A DNA stretch of 41,469 bases, taken from NCBI GenBank assembly GCA_036386935.1, contig DASVUU010000011.1, positions 1-41,469 of the forward strand. The letters run 5' to 3'. The notes beneath the pieces were generated by a model. That model made no database searches and was not told the origin of the DNA. It saw only the letters and a program-made list of their open reading frames with translations. The stretch's first letter is position 1. The number at the start of each line of letters is the position of its first letter. The position numbers and the translations under genes were made by a program. Shown one piece after another: positions 9,933 to 17,860 of the stretch. This DNA comes from Cytophagaceae bacterium (GTDB lineage Bacteria; Bacteroidota; Bacteroidia; Cytophagales; Cytophagaceae).

Positions 9933-10398
9933 GTTTTAACGGCGTTTTTAGCGCCCATTTTATTTTATTCTTTAAAAATTAAGGCGGATCTACCACCTGA
10001 TATACTTTTGTAGAATTACAAGACAAAACTTGTCATTTACTTTTCACTTGTAGCCACTGCCTTTTTGCAGGCCGACTTCAAGCCTTATTGAAAAAATCAG
10101 TTTAACTGGATGTTGACTAAACTCTCTATATATTGATTCTTCGTAAAAGGCATCCATTTTCTCGCCTATACCACCAAGACGACAAAAAACTTGAATACCC
10201 CTAAACAAGCGAGAAAAATTGAGCTGAAACTGAGTTAAAAGGGTAGCTTAAGCTATTAAAAGGCAAAAAGTACCAATCCTATCCTCATCCCAAACGTCGT
10301 TTATCCTTTCTTCTTAAGAGGAGGCGTCTGAACCTTCGTAACTATACCGAATGCCAGTGGAGACAGCATTAAAAATTTAAATAAGAGCAGCCTCTCTA

Positions 10399-11063
10399 CT
10401 ATTCCCACCGTTTTAAAATTTTTATGATCATCGGCTCATTTGTGCAGGGGTGACTGAAGGAAAGGACAGAGGCATTTAAAGCGATGCAGTTCTCAGCCTA
10501 TGGCACCACTGATCCATACAAAATATCTCCTTCGATTGGACAGCCCAAACTTGCTAATTGTGCGCGTATTTGGTGGAATTTTCTAGTATTAAGGTCTATC
10601 TTCCATAAATATCTATGTGCTGAAAACTGACAAACGTCGTAGGTTAACTTTGCTAGCTCCGAAAACTCAACTTTTTCATCATAAAGCACCACCTCCTTCT
10701 TTTCCTTACGGTGTCAATGTTCTATTGTACAAATTTGGTCTCTCGGCCTACATGTTGTCACCGCTTTATAGCTTTTTTTTACTTGTCGCTGTGCAAATTG
10801 CTCACTAAGATTTTGTAGTACCTGCTTTTGCTTAGCAAATAAGACAATTCCACTTATCGGCCTATCTAGTCTATGAATATGTTGAGCATAGACTTCCTCT
10901 CCCCTGCCCAATGTATTTTTATATACTTTCGAACTATCAGCAGTAAGTTAGGATGTCCATTCCTATCAGGCTCCACCATAAGCCCACCTGGCTTATTGAT
11001 TACCAATATATATTCATCTTCGAAAAGGATATACTTATAGGTCCATTTTACAAATGTCGCCAT
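10399..11063 (-). pseudogene. RluA-family pseudouridine synthase, decayed by one frameshift and two in-frame stops
   Basis: Three consecutive ORF pieces read as one RluA-type protein: ILVINKPGGLMV, HRLDRPISGIVLFAK, TRKFHQIRAQLASLGCPIEGDILYG, then ...LSFSHPCTNEPM. The frame switches within the A5 run at 10916-10920. There is an in-frame TGA at 10714-10716 and an in-frame TAG at 10498-10500. The reading frame closes at 10399. Confidence 0.8.
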
Positions 11064-11211
11064 TTCATTTCAAAATATTGAGTAGAATCTATGCAGCTTT
11101 AGAAGGCTTATCTTTTGTACGAAATAAAAACCTAGGGATGCCTATCCTTTTTCCCGTCCTCATAGTTGTAGTAAAAAATCAAGGCAGACAATAAACCTTA
11201 ATACATATACT

Positions 11212-11523
11212 ATGAAAACTTGGAATGAAGAAAACGAAACCCCTAGCCAGGAAAAAATAAGTAAGGGCTTAGGAAAAGCCCTTGAGGCTAAGCTCAACAA
11301 AACATATAAACCATCTGCTAGATTTGATGATACCTTTAAAGGAAATGACATCACCTATATCACAAATGAAAATGGTGAGCCCGTTACCCTTTATGTTGGT
11401 AAAAGAAATGAAGATGGAAATATCTCAGGGAATTTATTTATAAGAAAGATAAAAGCTCGCAAAGACAATAAAATAACTGAAAGTCACTGGGATAATAAAG
11501 GCAAGGTAACCAAAATTAAATAG
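11212..11523 (+). CDS. Hypothetical small Lys/Asn/Glu-rich protein (103 aa), no recognisable family
   Basis: It is the only long ORF in this interval and is followed 10 nt later by a strong terminator hairpin. No signal peptide or motif was recognised. Confidence 0.5.
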   Translation: MKTWNEENETPSQEKISKGLGKALEAKLNKTYKPSARFDDTFKGNDITYITNENGEPVTLYVGKRNEDGNISGNLFIRKIKARKDNKITESHWDNKGKVTKIK

Positions 11524-11532
11524 TACTTAAAA

Positions 11533-11565
11533 AGAAGAGGTTCCTTGGTGAACCTCTTCTTTTTT
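11533..11565. terminator. Bidirectional rho-independent terminator
   Basis: An 11-bp perfect stem (agaagaggttc-cttggt-gaacctcttct) is flanked by an A-run upstream and ttttt downstream. It sits between convergent genes (11212-11523 + and 11586-12419 -). Confidence 0.75.
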
Positions 11566-11585
11566 CGCCCATGCTGAGGCTGTTA

Positions 11586-12419
11586 TCATTCGATAACAAC
11601 CTCCCTCGCCGAAACGGCGCTTCCTCCAAAATACCCTACTGCTTTTTTTCGCGAAGGACCATTTACGTTTACTATATTGGTTCTAACGTTTGCCGGAGGA
11701 TTAGAAAACATGCCCCCGTTATTTACCTGTATAGCCATCTCGTTAAAGAAAAGATAGGCGTCACGGGTAAGCGACAAACCCTCTATCTTCATTTTATCTC
11801 CTTTGTTTAGCTTTCTTTCATAGGGATCCCAGCCATTGATGTAGTTTCCATCTACAAATTCATCAGAGGTAATTCGCCAAACGTCACCTGGCGTATTGAG
11901 CAAGGTATCATTCCTTGTTAGTAAAAATCGATAGTTGTCACCCACCCCCAACGGCTCTGGACCATAGTATCTTAAGAAAAATCCGTCTCTGTCTGTACCT
12001 TTATTGTCTACATACTCATAGGTCAACGAATCTATGGGTGGCACTCTTTTTATCTCTGTTGTAGCCATATAGCTCTCCCCTAGTGCCTCAATGAACAAAG
12101 TGTAAGTATTGCCTATCTTTCCTCGGATGGTGTTAGTTTTATATTCACCAGGCGCTGCTTCTCTAAGAGTATCTTTTACTCCCTCATTGTCAATGATTAT
12201 TAGTGAAGCCCCTTGCACCCTTGCAGTCTGTTCATTTTTGAAATAAGGGCCTGTAGTCGATAGTTTCACCATATATGGCCCCTCCTGATCTGTAATCCAA
12301 CCGTCAACCACCAGCAAGGTTTCCCCTTCGGGAACTTTCACTTCAACTTTATCTTGACAAGAAGACAGTACCAAAGCTATTGATACCATTGAGAATATTA
12401 TATTTAGTAAGCTTTTCAT
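11586..12419 (-). CDS. DUF4249-family lipoprotein
   Basis: Lipobox LVLSSC; C-terminal AVGYFGGSAVS motif; starts 33 nt after the receptor stop. Paralogous in layout to 6451-7359. Confidence 0.75.
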   Translation of the reverse strand: MKSLLNIIFSMVSIALVLSSCQDKVEVKVPEGETLLVVDGWITDQEGPYMVKLSTTGPYFKNEQTARVQGASLIIIDNEGVKDTLREAAPGEYKTNTIRGKIGNTYTLFIEALGESYMATTEIKRVPPIDSLTYEYVDNKGTDRDGFFLRYYGPEPLGVGDNYRFLLTRNDTLLNTPGDVWRITSDEFVDGNYINGWDPYERKLNKGDKMKIEGLSLTRDAYLFFNEMAIQVNNGGMFSNPPANVRTNIVNVNGPSRKKAVGYFGGSAVSAREVVIE

Positions 12420-12452
12420 AAAATTGTATTTTTAGAACCTTCAATTATTCGA

Positions 12453-14825
12453 TTAAAATTTGAAATTATAAGTAACAGATGGCAGCGGAACTCCTAGAAT
12501 AGAAAGCCTTATAGCTTCGGTCTGCTGTCTGTTGTCTTTGTTCTGTTGAAAATATATTGTAAATGGATTTCGTCTGCCGTAAGCGTTATATAATGAGAAA
12601 ACCCATTCGCTTTGGAACCTTCGCTCCTTTTTATACTTCTTCTTGTATGTCGCAGAAAGGTCAAGCCTATGGTAGGCAGGCAGCCTATAGTTGTTACGTT
12701 CATTGTCAGTATTATGAGGAACAATGACCCCTTGGAACTCATACCTGGCATTTGGAAAAGTTGCCACCACTCCAGAAGAATAGTTGAAATTTGCCGAAAC
12801 GCTCCAACGATCGTTTAATTCATACATTCCTACCAATGAAAGATTGTGCGGTTTGTCATATTTCGCCCTGTAGTACTCATTGTTATTGATTCCCTCAATC
12901 TTGCGTTCGCTCTTAGACAGCGTATAGCTTACCCACCCTGTCAGTTTACCTTTATTTTTTCTAGCCATCAATTCTAATCCATAAGCGCGTCCTTGTCCAT
13001 ACAATAAATCGCCTTCATACATCTCGTTTAAAAGGATCTGGGCACCATTGATATAATCTACCTGGTTCTGCATTTTTTTGTAATAGGTCTCTGCCGATAA
13101 TTCGTAAGTATTGCCTTTCAAATTTTTGAAGTAGCCGAGAGCAATTTGATCGGCGAGTTCAGGCTTGATATTATTTGTACTTGGCGTCCAAATATCTAAA
13201 GGCGAAGACGCAGTTGTATTGGATAGCAAATGTATGTATTGAGACATCCGGTTATAGCCTAGCTTCAAAGAACTCTCCTCATTTAGAATATAGCGTGCCG
13301 AAAACCGCGGTTCTAGATTGTGATACAGTTTCACAGATTCTCCATCTTTGAAGGTACGCTGCCCACTCATTTCTTTCTGCTTGCCCACTTCTTTCGTGGC
13401 GTAGTCATAGACGGTTTTTGACCCAACATAATTAAACAATGAATACCTCAGGCCATATTCCAAGGATAAGCGGGGGTTCAACTTCTGCTCATTCGAAACA
13501 TAGGCAGCATATTCCCTTGCCTTTTGATCTTCAATGTCCAAGGTCTTAAAAATTGATTTGTCTCCTAAAGGACCCGACTTACCCGGTTCCATACGGTAGT
13601 AAATGCCGCTTGCTCCAAAGCTTAAAGTATTCTCTGTATTAACAAAGTAATTGAAGTCAGCTTTCACGCTTTGGGTACGTATGTATGACTTCCAGTCGAA
13701 GGCTACCGCCCCGCTTGGCACTCCCAGGTTGTAATCATAATTACTCATTACGGCCGTCACATTAGAGAACAATTTTGAATTGTAGATATGATTCCATCGC
13801 ACAGTCGCCGTTTGATTGCCCCATTCTGTATAAAAGTCTTTTCCAAACCTAAAGACATCCCTTCCAAAATAGCCGGATACAAATAATTTATCATTTGAAG
13901 TGATATTATAGTTTCCCTTTGCGCTCAGGTCGTAAAAATAGAGCACGTTGTCTTTGAAGTCGGGCGTTAGTTTTAAAAACAAATCCGCATAAGATCTTCT
14001 CCCAGCTACTATAAAAGACCCTTTTTCCTTCTTGATGGGTCCTTCTAGCGTCAGTCTACTTGACACGGTACCAATCCCGCCGCTTCCTTCAAAACGCCTG
14101 TTGTTACCTTCTTTCATCCTTACATCAAGCAGGGAAGATAGTCTACCCCCATATTGGGCAGGTATCCCGCCCTTCATTAGTTTCACATCGCGTACGGCAT
14201 CCGGGTTAAACACTGAAAAGAATCCATACAAGTGCGAAGAGTTATAAACAGGAGCATCGTCGAGCAATATCAGATTCTGATCTATCCCACCTCCCCGAAC
14301 GTTAAACCCGGCAGCCCCTTCGCCAACGGTTGAAACACCAGGAGTGAGTTGAATACTTCTTACAACATCCACTTCGCCAAGCATGGCGGGCATCTTCTTT
14401 AGCTCTTTAATAGAAACTTGTGTCACGCTCATTTCATTGCTCCTGATATTCTTATCCTCAGCTTCGGTGCTCACCACTATTTCGTTCAATATCTGCGTAT
14501 CAGGCTGCAACTCTATGTCTAGCTTCGTTCCCTCTTTGAGCTCGATAGTCTTGGTTAAGGTCTGAAATCCCAGGTAGTCAATTACTAGAGTATAAACCCC
14601 TGGTGTAAGTGTTAGTGAATAAAATCCGTAATCGTTGGTCGCAGTACCAATATTCAACTCTTTTACGAATATATTTGCGCCCATCATAGCCTCTCCCGAG
14701 GTAGCATCTTTGAGGTAACCGCTCACGCTTACTTTTCCTTGTTGCGCTTTACTAGCTGTACTCCACAACAATATTTGTAGAATTAGCAAAAATTTTAGGC
14801 AAAATAGTCCTGTCTTCATCTTCAT
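12453..14825 (-). CDS. TonB-dependent receptor without an STN domain (carboxypeptidase-regulatory-like domain + plug + barrel)
   Basis: The signal peptide is followed directly by VSVSGYLKDATSGEAMMGANIF...GFYSLTL. Plug block NVRGGGIDQNLILLDDAPVYN; terminal ...VTYNFKF. Long collinear similarity to 7371-9932. Confidence 0.9.
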   Translation of the reverse strand: MKMKTGLFCLKFLLILQILLWSTASKAQQGKVSVSGYLKDATSGEAMMGANIFVKELNIGTATNDYGFYSLTLTPGVYTLVIDYLGFQTLTKTIELKEGTKLDIELQPDTQILNEIVVSTEAEDKNIRSNEMSVTQVSIKELKKMPAMLGEVDVVRSIQLTPGVSTVGEGAAGFNVRGGGIDQNLILLDDAPVYNSSHLYGFFSVFNPDAVRDVKLMKGGIPAQYGGRLSSLLDVRMKEGNNRRFEGSGGIGTVSSRLTLEGPIKKEKGSFIVAGRRSYADLFLKLTPDFKDNVLYFYDLSAKGNYNITSNDKLFVSGYFGRDVFRFGKDFYTEWGNQTATVRWNHIYNSKLFSNVTAVMSNYDYNLGVPSGAVAFDWKSYIRTQSVKADFNYFVNTENTLSFGASGIYYRMEPGKSGPLGDKSIFKTLDIEDQKAREYAAYVSNEQKLNPRLSLEYGLRYSLFNYVGSKTVYDYATKEVGKQKEMSGQRTFKDGESVKLYHNLEPRFSARYILNEESSLKLGYNRMSQYIHLLSNTTASSPLDIWTPSTNNIKPELADQIALGYFKNLKGNTYELSAETYYKKMQNQVDYINGAQILLNEMYEGDLLYGQGRAYGLELMARKNKGKLTGWVSYTLSKSERKIEGINNNEYYRAKYDKPHNLSLVGMYELNDRWSVSANFNYSSGVVATFPNARYEFQGVIVPHNTDNERNNYRLPAYHRLDLSATYKKKYKKERRFQSEWVFSLYNAYGRRNPFTIYFQQNKDNRQQTEAIRLSILGVPLPSVTYNFKF

Positions 14826-14859
14826 GAAATTTTAAAATGTAAGAAATTTGTTTAGTTGA

Positions 14860-16716
14860 TTAGAATCTGATTCCTGCGTGGAGGCCTGGCCACATAGTCA
14901 CATTTGTTTTGTTTTGGGTCTTATTGTAGACATTCCACGATGCCATCTTCGAACCGATAGTTCCATCTTCATTCGCCACCTGTGATACTTTTATATTGAA
15001 TACTGGCCCCAGAAAAAGACTCGTCTTCTTTCCAATAAGAAATCCAAATTGCATCCGAGCTTGGTTTAGAAGATTTAATTTGGTTGTCCATTCCTTTCCT
15101 TCATTGATGTGGTAGCTTAGCAAATCAATATTCAATCGCGTCTTTGAGGTAAGCGTTAGCTCAGTTCCAATTCCATATCCCAAGGCCCATTGCACATAGG
15201 AGTCTTTTGTAGGCAGTCCAAAATCCAGGCTGCCCTTTTGATCGCGCCAACTGAGACCGCCAGCGAAAATATTGTAAAAGTGGCGGGTCCCCATTTTGAA
15301 AGCGATGTTTCCGTACAATGCTTCGCCTCCATATATTTCTAGCCTTCGGTATCCGTTCCTAGCGATGCTCAACAGGCCAATTTGTACCCCGCTCACAGAG
15401 TCTGCGATATTAAGAAGTCCAATTTGCGATCCTTTTACCTTTTTTGCAGCATTCACTATCCCTGCTATCTGCACGCCTACTATTTCCTTCGCAGAGGTAT
15501 TTGCTATTCCTGCAACCTGAACCCCTCGCATCTTGCCCCCAGCAAGGTTTGCGATCCCTGCTATTTGTACTCCATTTACCTCTCCTCCGGCAACGTTCAC
15601 TATTCCCGCCCCTTGTGGACCAATCAAATTTCCTTTCACTAGGTTAGTTATTCCAGCAAATTGACCTCCGTAAGAATTCCCACCTACCGTATTGGTAATG
15701 CCTGCTGCCTGGAAGGCCACACTGCTATCCGCTACAATATTGGCTATGCCTGCGAATTGTCCGCCCATGGCATATCCGTTCACGATATTGACTATACCCG
15801 CAAATTGTGCTCCTTGCATTTCATTATTTACGATATTGCCAATGCCCGCTAATTGTACACCTCGCACATGGCTTTTTTCGATGTTTGCAATTCCGGCAAG
15901 CTCCGCGCCCTCGAGCCCTGCCGAATATCCTCCAAGCACATTGAAAGAAAATTTATTTACAACTTTGCCAGTTTCCAAACCATTGCTTCCTAGCGGCGGC
16001 ACAAACGTTACCTGCCAATCTCTGTGTAGATAGGCTGTGTCTGACGCCCTCCTAACTTCAACCGAGTCGGTATTTCTCTTAAATCGTGGAGAATGCTCCA
16101 AGCTGTCTCTTAAGTTTTGTAAGTCCTGCTTAAAACCGCGCATCAAGACCTTCATTTTTTGCTTCAGCTCAGCTACGCTTTGTTTGGTAGACGTAAGCTT
16201 CAAACTATCGGCCTTTACTTCATAGCTATCTTGCAATCTCTTCTTTTCTATTTGAAAGTCTCTTCTAAGCTCTAGCCTATCCAATGTCAGGTCCAATGGC
16301 GACCCCAGGGAGGCGCTGAGCATTTCTATCTCTTTCACTTCCTCGGTTGACCTTTGCTGGAGGCTGCCCGCGCTTGTAGCCTTCTTAACTTGTGGCTTAC
16401 TTTTGTTGGGATCCTTGGTGAGCACTATCTGGTTTCCCACAACTTTATACACAACCTCCGAGTCTTTAAAGAGAAGGGTCAATATGTTCTTCAACGACTC
16501 ATCCTTCTGTGAAAAACTATACTTCTTTTTTGTTGGAATGAGATTGCTGGAGTAAGAGATATTTATTCCATAATTCTTTCTCAAATCCCACAGAATTTTT
16601 TCTAAAGTCATTTCTCTATAACTAACGGTCAACTTGGTCTCAAGCAATTGCCCTTTGGCAAGAATTGAAATATTTAGACAAAGCAGTAGCATTATAAGGT
16701 GTATAAGAAGCCTCAT
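14860..16716 (-). CDS. STN-domain outer-membrane protein: signal peptide, STN, charged coiled-coil-like linker, ~12 x 16-aa Gly/Ala repeats, C-terminal beta-barrel. Family not assigned.
   Basis: STN-like segment TLEKILWDLRKNYGINISYSSNLIPTKKK...YKVVGNQIVL (aa ~27-100). K/E/Q-rich segment at aa ~100-235. GxQxAGIxN repeats at aa 255-455. The last ~165 aa alternate hydrophobic and polar residues and end in ...HAGIRF, a terminal Phe typical of OM barrels. Confidence 0.8.
   Translation of the reverse strand: MRLLIHLIMLLLCLNISILAKGQLLETKLTVSYREMTLEKILWDLRKNYGINISYSSNLIPTKKKYSFSQKDESLKNILTLLFKDSEVVYKVVGNQIVLTKDPNKSKPQVKKATSAGSLQQRSTEEVKEIEMLSASLGSPLDLTLDRLELRRDFQIEKKRLQDSYEVKADSLKLTSTKQSVAELKQKMKVLMRGFKQDLQNLRDSLEHSPRFKRNTDSVEVRRASDTAYLHRDWQVTFVPPLGSNGLETGKVVNKFSFNVLGGYSAGLEGAELAGIANIEKSHVRGVQLAGIGNIVNNEMQGAQFAGIVNIVNGYAMGGQFAGIANIVADSSVAFQAAGITNTVGGNSYGGQFAGITNLVKGNLIGPQGAGIVNVAGGEVNGVQIAGIANLAGGKMRGVQVAGIANTSAKEIVGVQIAGIVNAAKKVKGSQIGLLNIADSVSGVQIGLLSIARNGYRRLEIYGGEALYGNIAFKMGTRHFYNIFAGGLSWRDQKGSLDFGLPTKDSYVQWALGYGIGTELTLTSKTRLNIDLLSYHINEGKEWTTKLNLLNQARMQFGFLIGKKTSLFLGPVFNIKVSQVANEDGTIGSKMASWNVYNKTQNKTNVTMWPGLHAGIRF
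15352..15954 (-). repeat. In-frame tandem coding repeat with a 48-nt (16-aa) period, consensus G-x-Q-x-A-G-I-x-N-x7
   Basis: Nine units have an exact 16-aa period (aa 270-413, nt 15478-15909): GAELAGIANIEKSHVR / GVQLAGIGNIVNNEMQ / GAQFAGIVNIVNGYAM / GGQFAGIANIVADSSV / AFQAAGITNTVGGNSY / GGQFAGITNLVKGNLI / GPQGAGIVNVAGGEVN / GVQIAGIANLAGGKMR / GVQVAGIANTSAKEIV. Degenerate units flank them on both sides. Confidence 0.85.
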
Positions 16717-16749
16717 GGCATTGGTTTTTAAAATGTTATCGAATATTTT

Positions 16750-17784
16750 CTAGGGGTTCAAGTCTGTGTCGCAGCCTTCACCTGTCAATTGGTAGTTATT
16801 GCCTGATTTCTTTACTGTAGTATTTGTGCTGAGGGTGATGACCTGTAACACATCCTCTAACACTGGTTTTTCAAACGTTCCTGTAAACCTGCACCCTTCG
16901 AGTCGATTTTCGGAAAGAATAATCTCCTTCTTGAAATAGGCCGACAGCTGCACGGCAACTTCCTTCAAGGACTCATTGTCAAAGCTTAGTCGCTCCGTTT
17001 TCCATGCAAGGGTATTTTCATTTTGCATCTTTTCTTGTGCAATGCCCTCATCCTTTTTCAGTTTGGCCTTATCACCAGGGAATAAAAACACTTTCTCTCT
17101 TCTATCTTTTTGCGAAGAAAAGGCCACCTTACCAGTGAAGACTTCAACTTCTTCCAGAGGCTCATTTCGGTAAGCTTTCACATTAAAGGAGGTACCTAGT
17201 ACTTCAACTTTCGCCGTATGTCCTACGACAGTGAAAGACATTCCTTTTGCCTTTCTCACCTCAAAGAATGCTTCTCCGTCAAGCATCACCTCCCTGTGGT
17301 TATCATTAAAATCCTTCGAATAAGAAATTTTAGTGTGCGCGTTCAACCAAACTTTACTAGAATCTGGCAGGTAAATCATCTCTTTCTTATCTGCCGTTGC
17401 AAATTGAACCCTTGCGTCTTGTTGCTTCCATCTATTCATTGCCCATAGTCCCGCACTGACAATAAGTAAAATGGTGGCAGCGATTTGCATCCATGGCTGC
17501 AAGTGAAACATTTTTGTTCTTTGCTTCGAACCCTTTCTAATGTGCTCTTTTGGGTTAGAAAATAGTCGTCGTTCTAGTTTATTCCAGGCCGCATCTACAT
17601 CGGGTTCAAAACCATCTTTTGGATTTTCTGTCAATTTCCAGACGTCTCTTACCTCATTGAAATATTGCTCATGCTCGGGTTTCGCATTCCTCCAACTAAG
17701 CAGCAGGCCCTGCTCTTCGGCGGAAGCATCGCCCCGCAAGCATTTTTCTATAAGTTCTAATCTATCTGAATACTTGTTTTCCAT
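16750..17784 (-). CDS. FecR-family anti-sigma factor / transmembrane sensor
   Basis: N-terminal cytoplasmic anti-sigma segment, a single TM helix (WMQIAATILLIVSAGLWAM), a periplasmic FecR block (VWLNAHTKISY...REVMLDGEAFFEV...FTVVGHTAKVEVLGTSFNV) and a C-terminal FecR_C-like segment. Confidence 0.9.
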   Translation of the reverse strand: MENKYSDRLELIEKCLRGDASAEEQGLLLSWRNAKPEHEQYFNEVRDVWKLTENPKDGFEPDVDAAWNKLERRLFSNPKEHIRKGSKQRTKMFHLQPWMQIAATILLIVSAGLWAMNRWKQQDARVQFATADKKEMIYLPDSSKVWLNAHTKISYSKDFNDNHREVMLDGEAFFEVRKAKGMSFTVVGHTAKVEVLGTSFNVKAYRNEPLEEVEVFTGKVAFSSQKDRREKVFLFPGDKAKLKKDEGIAQEKMQNENTLAWKTERLSFDNESLKEVAVQLSAYFKKEIILSENRLEGCRFTGTFEKPVLEDVLQVITLSTNTTVKKSGNNYQLTGEGCDTDLNP

Positions 17785-17860
17785 CCTCAGACTTTAATTG
17801 GCCAATCTATATCTAAGACAATAAACTATACCACTACCCCTACGTGCCATGAAAATATTT

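Noticed and set aside
10044-10157. 37-codon minus-strand ORF (MDAFYEESIYREFSQHPVKLIFSIRLEVGLQKGSGYK) in the ORF-free leader of the STN-fused receptor, with a faint resemblance to the start of ECF sigma region 2
   Set aside because: It is too short and the resemblance is too weak to call either a gene or a sigma-factor relic. It is mentioned only as something a blastx of 9933-10398 would settle.
10053-10367. Words reminiscent of cobalamin-riboswitch conserved elements (gccactg at 10053-10059, gccagtggagacagc at 10353-10367) upstream of a TonB-dependent receptor
   Set aside because: Both are on the plus strand, whereas the receptor is transcribed on the minus strand. They are 300 nt apart, and I could not find the other conserved riboswitch blocks. 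Only a covariance-model search could revive this.
15296-16033. Five overlapping plus-strand ORFs (74, 86, 67, 63 and 113 aa) opposite the 618-aa gene
   Set aside because: They lie exactly antisense to the Gly/Ala/Ile/Asn 48-nt coding repeat, whose codon bias removes stops on the other strand. They have low-complexity Pro/Ala/Cys/Ser-rich translations, overlap one another in different frames, and have no independent signals.
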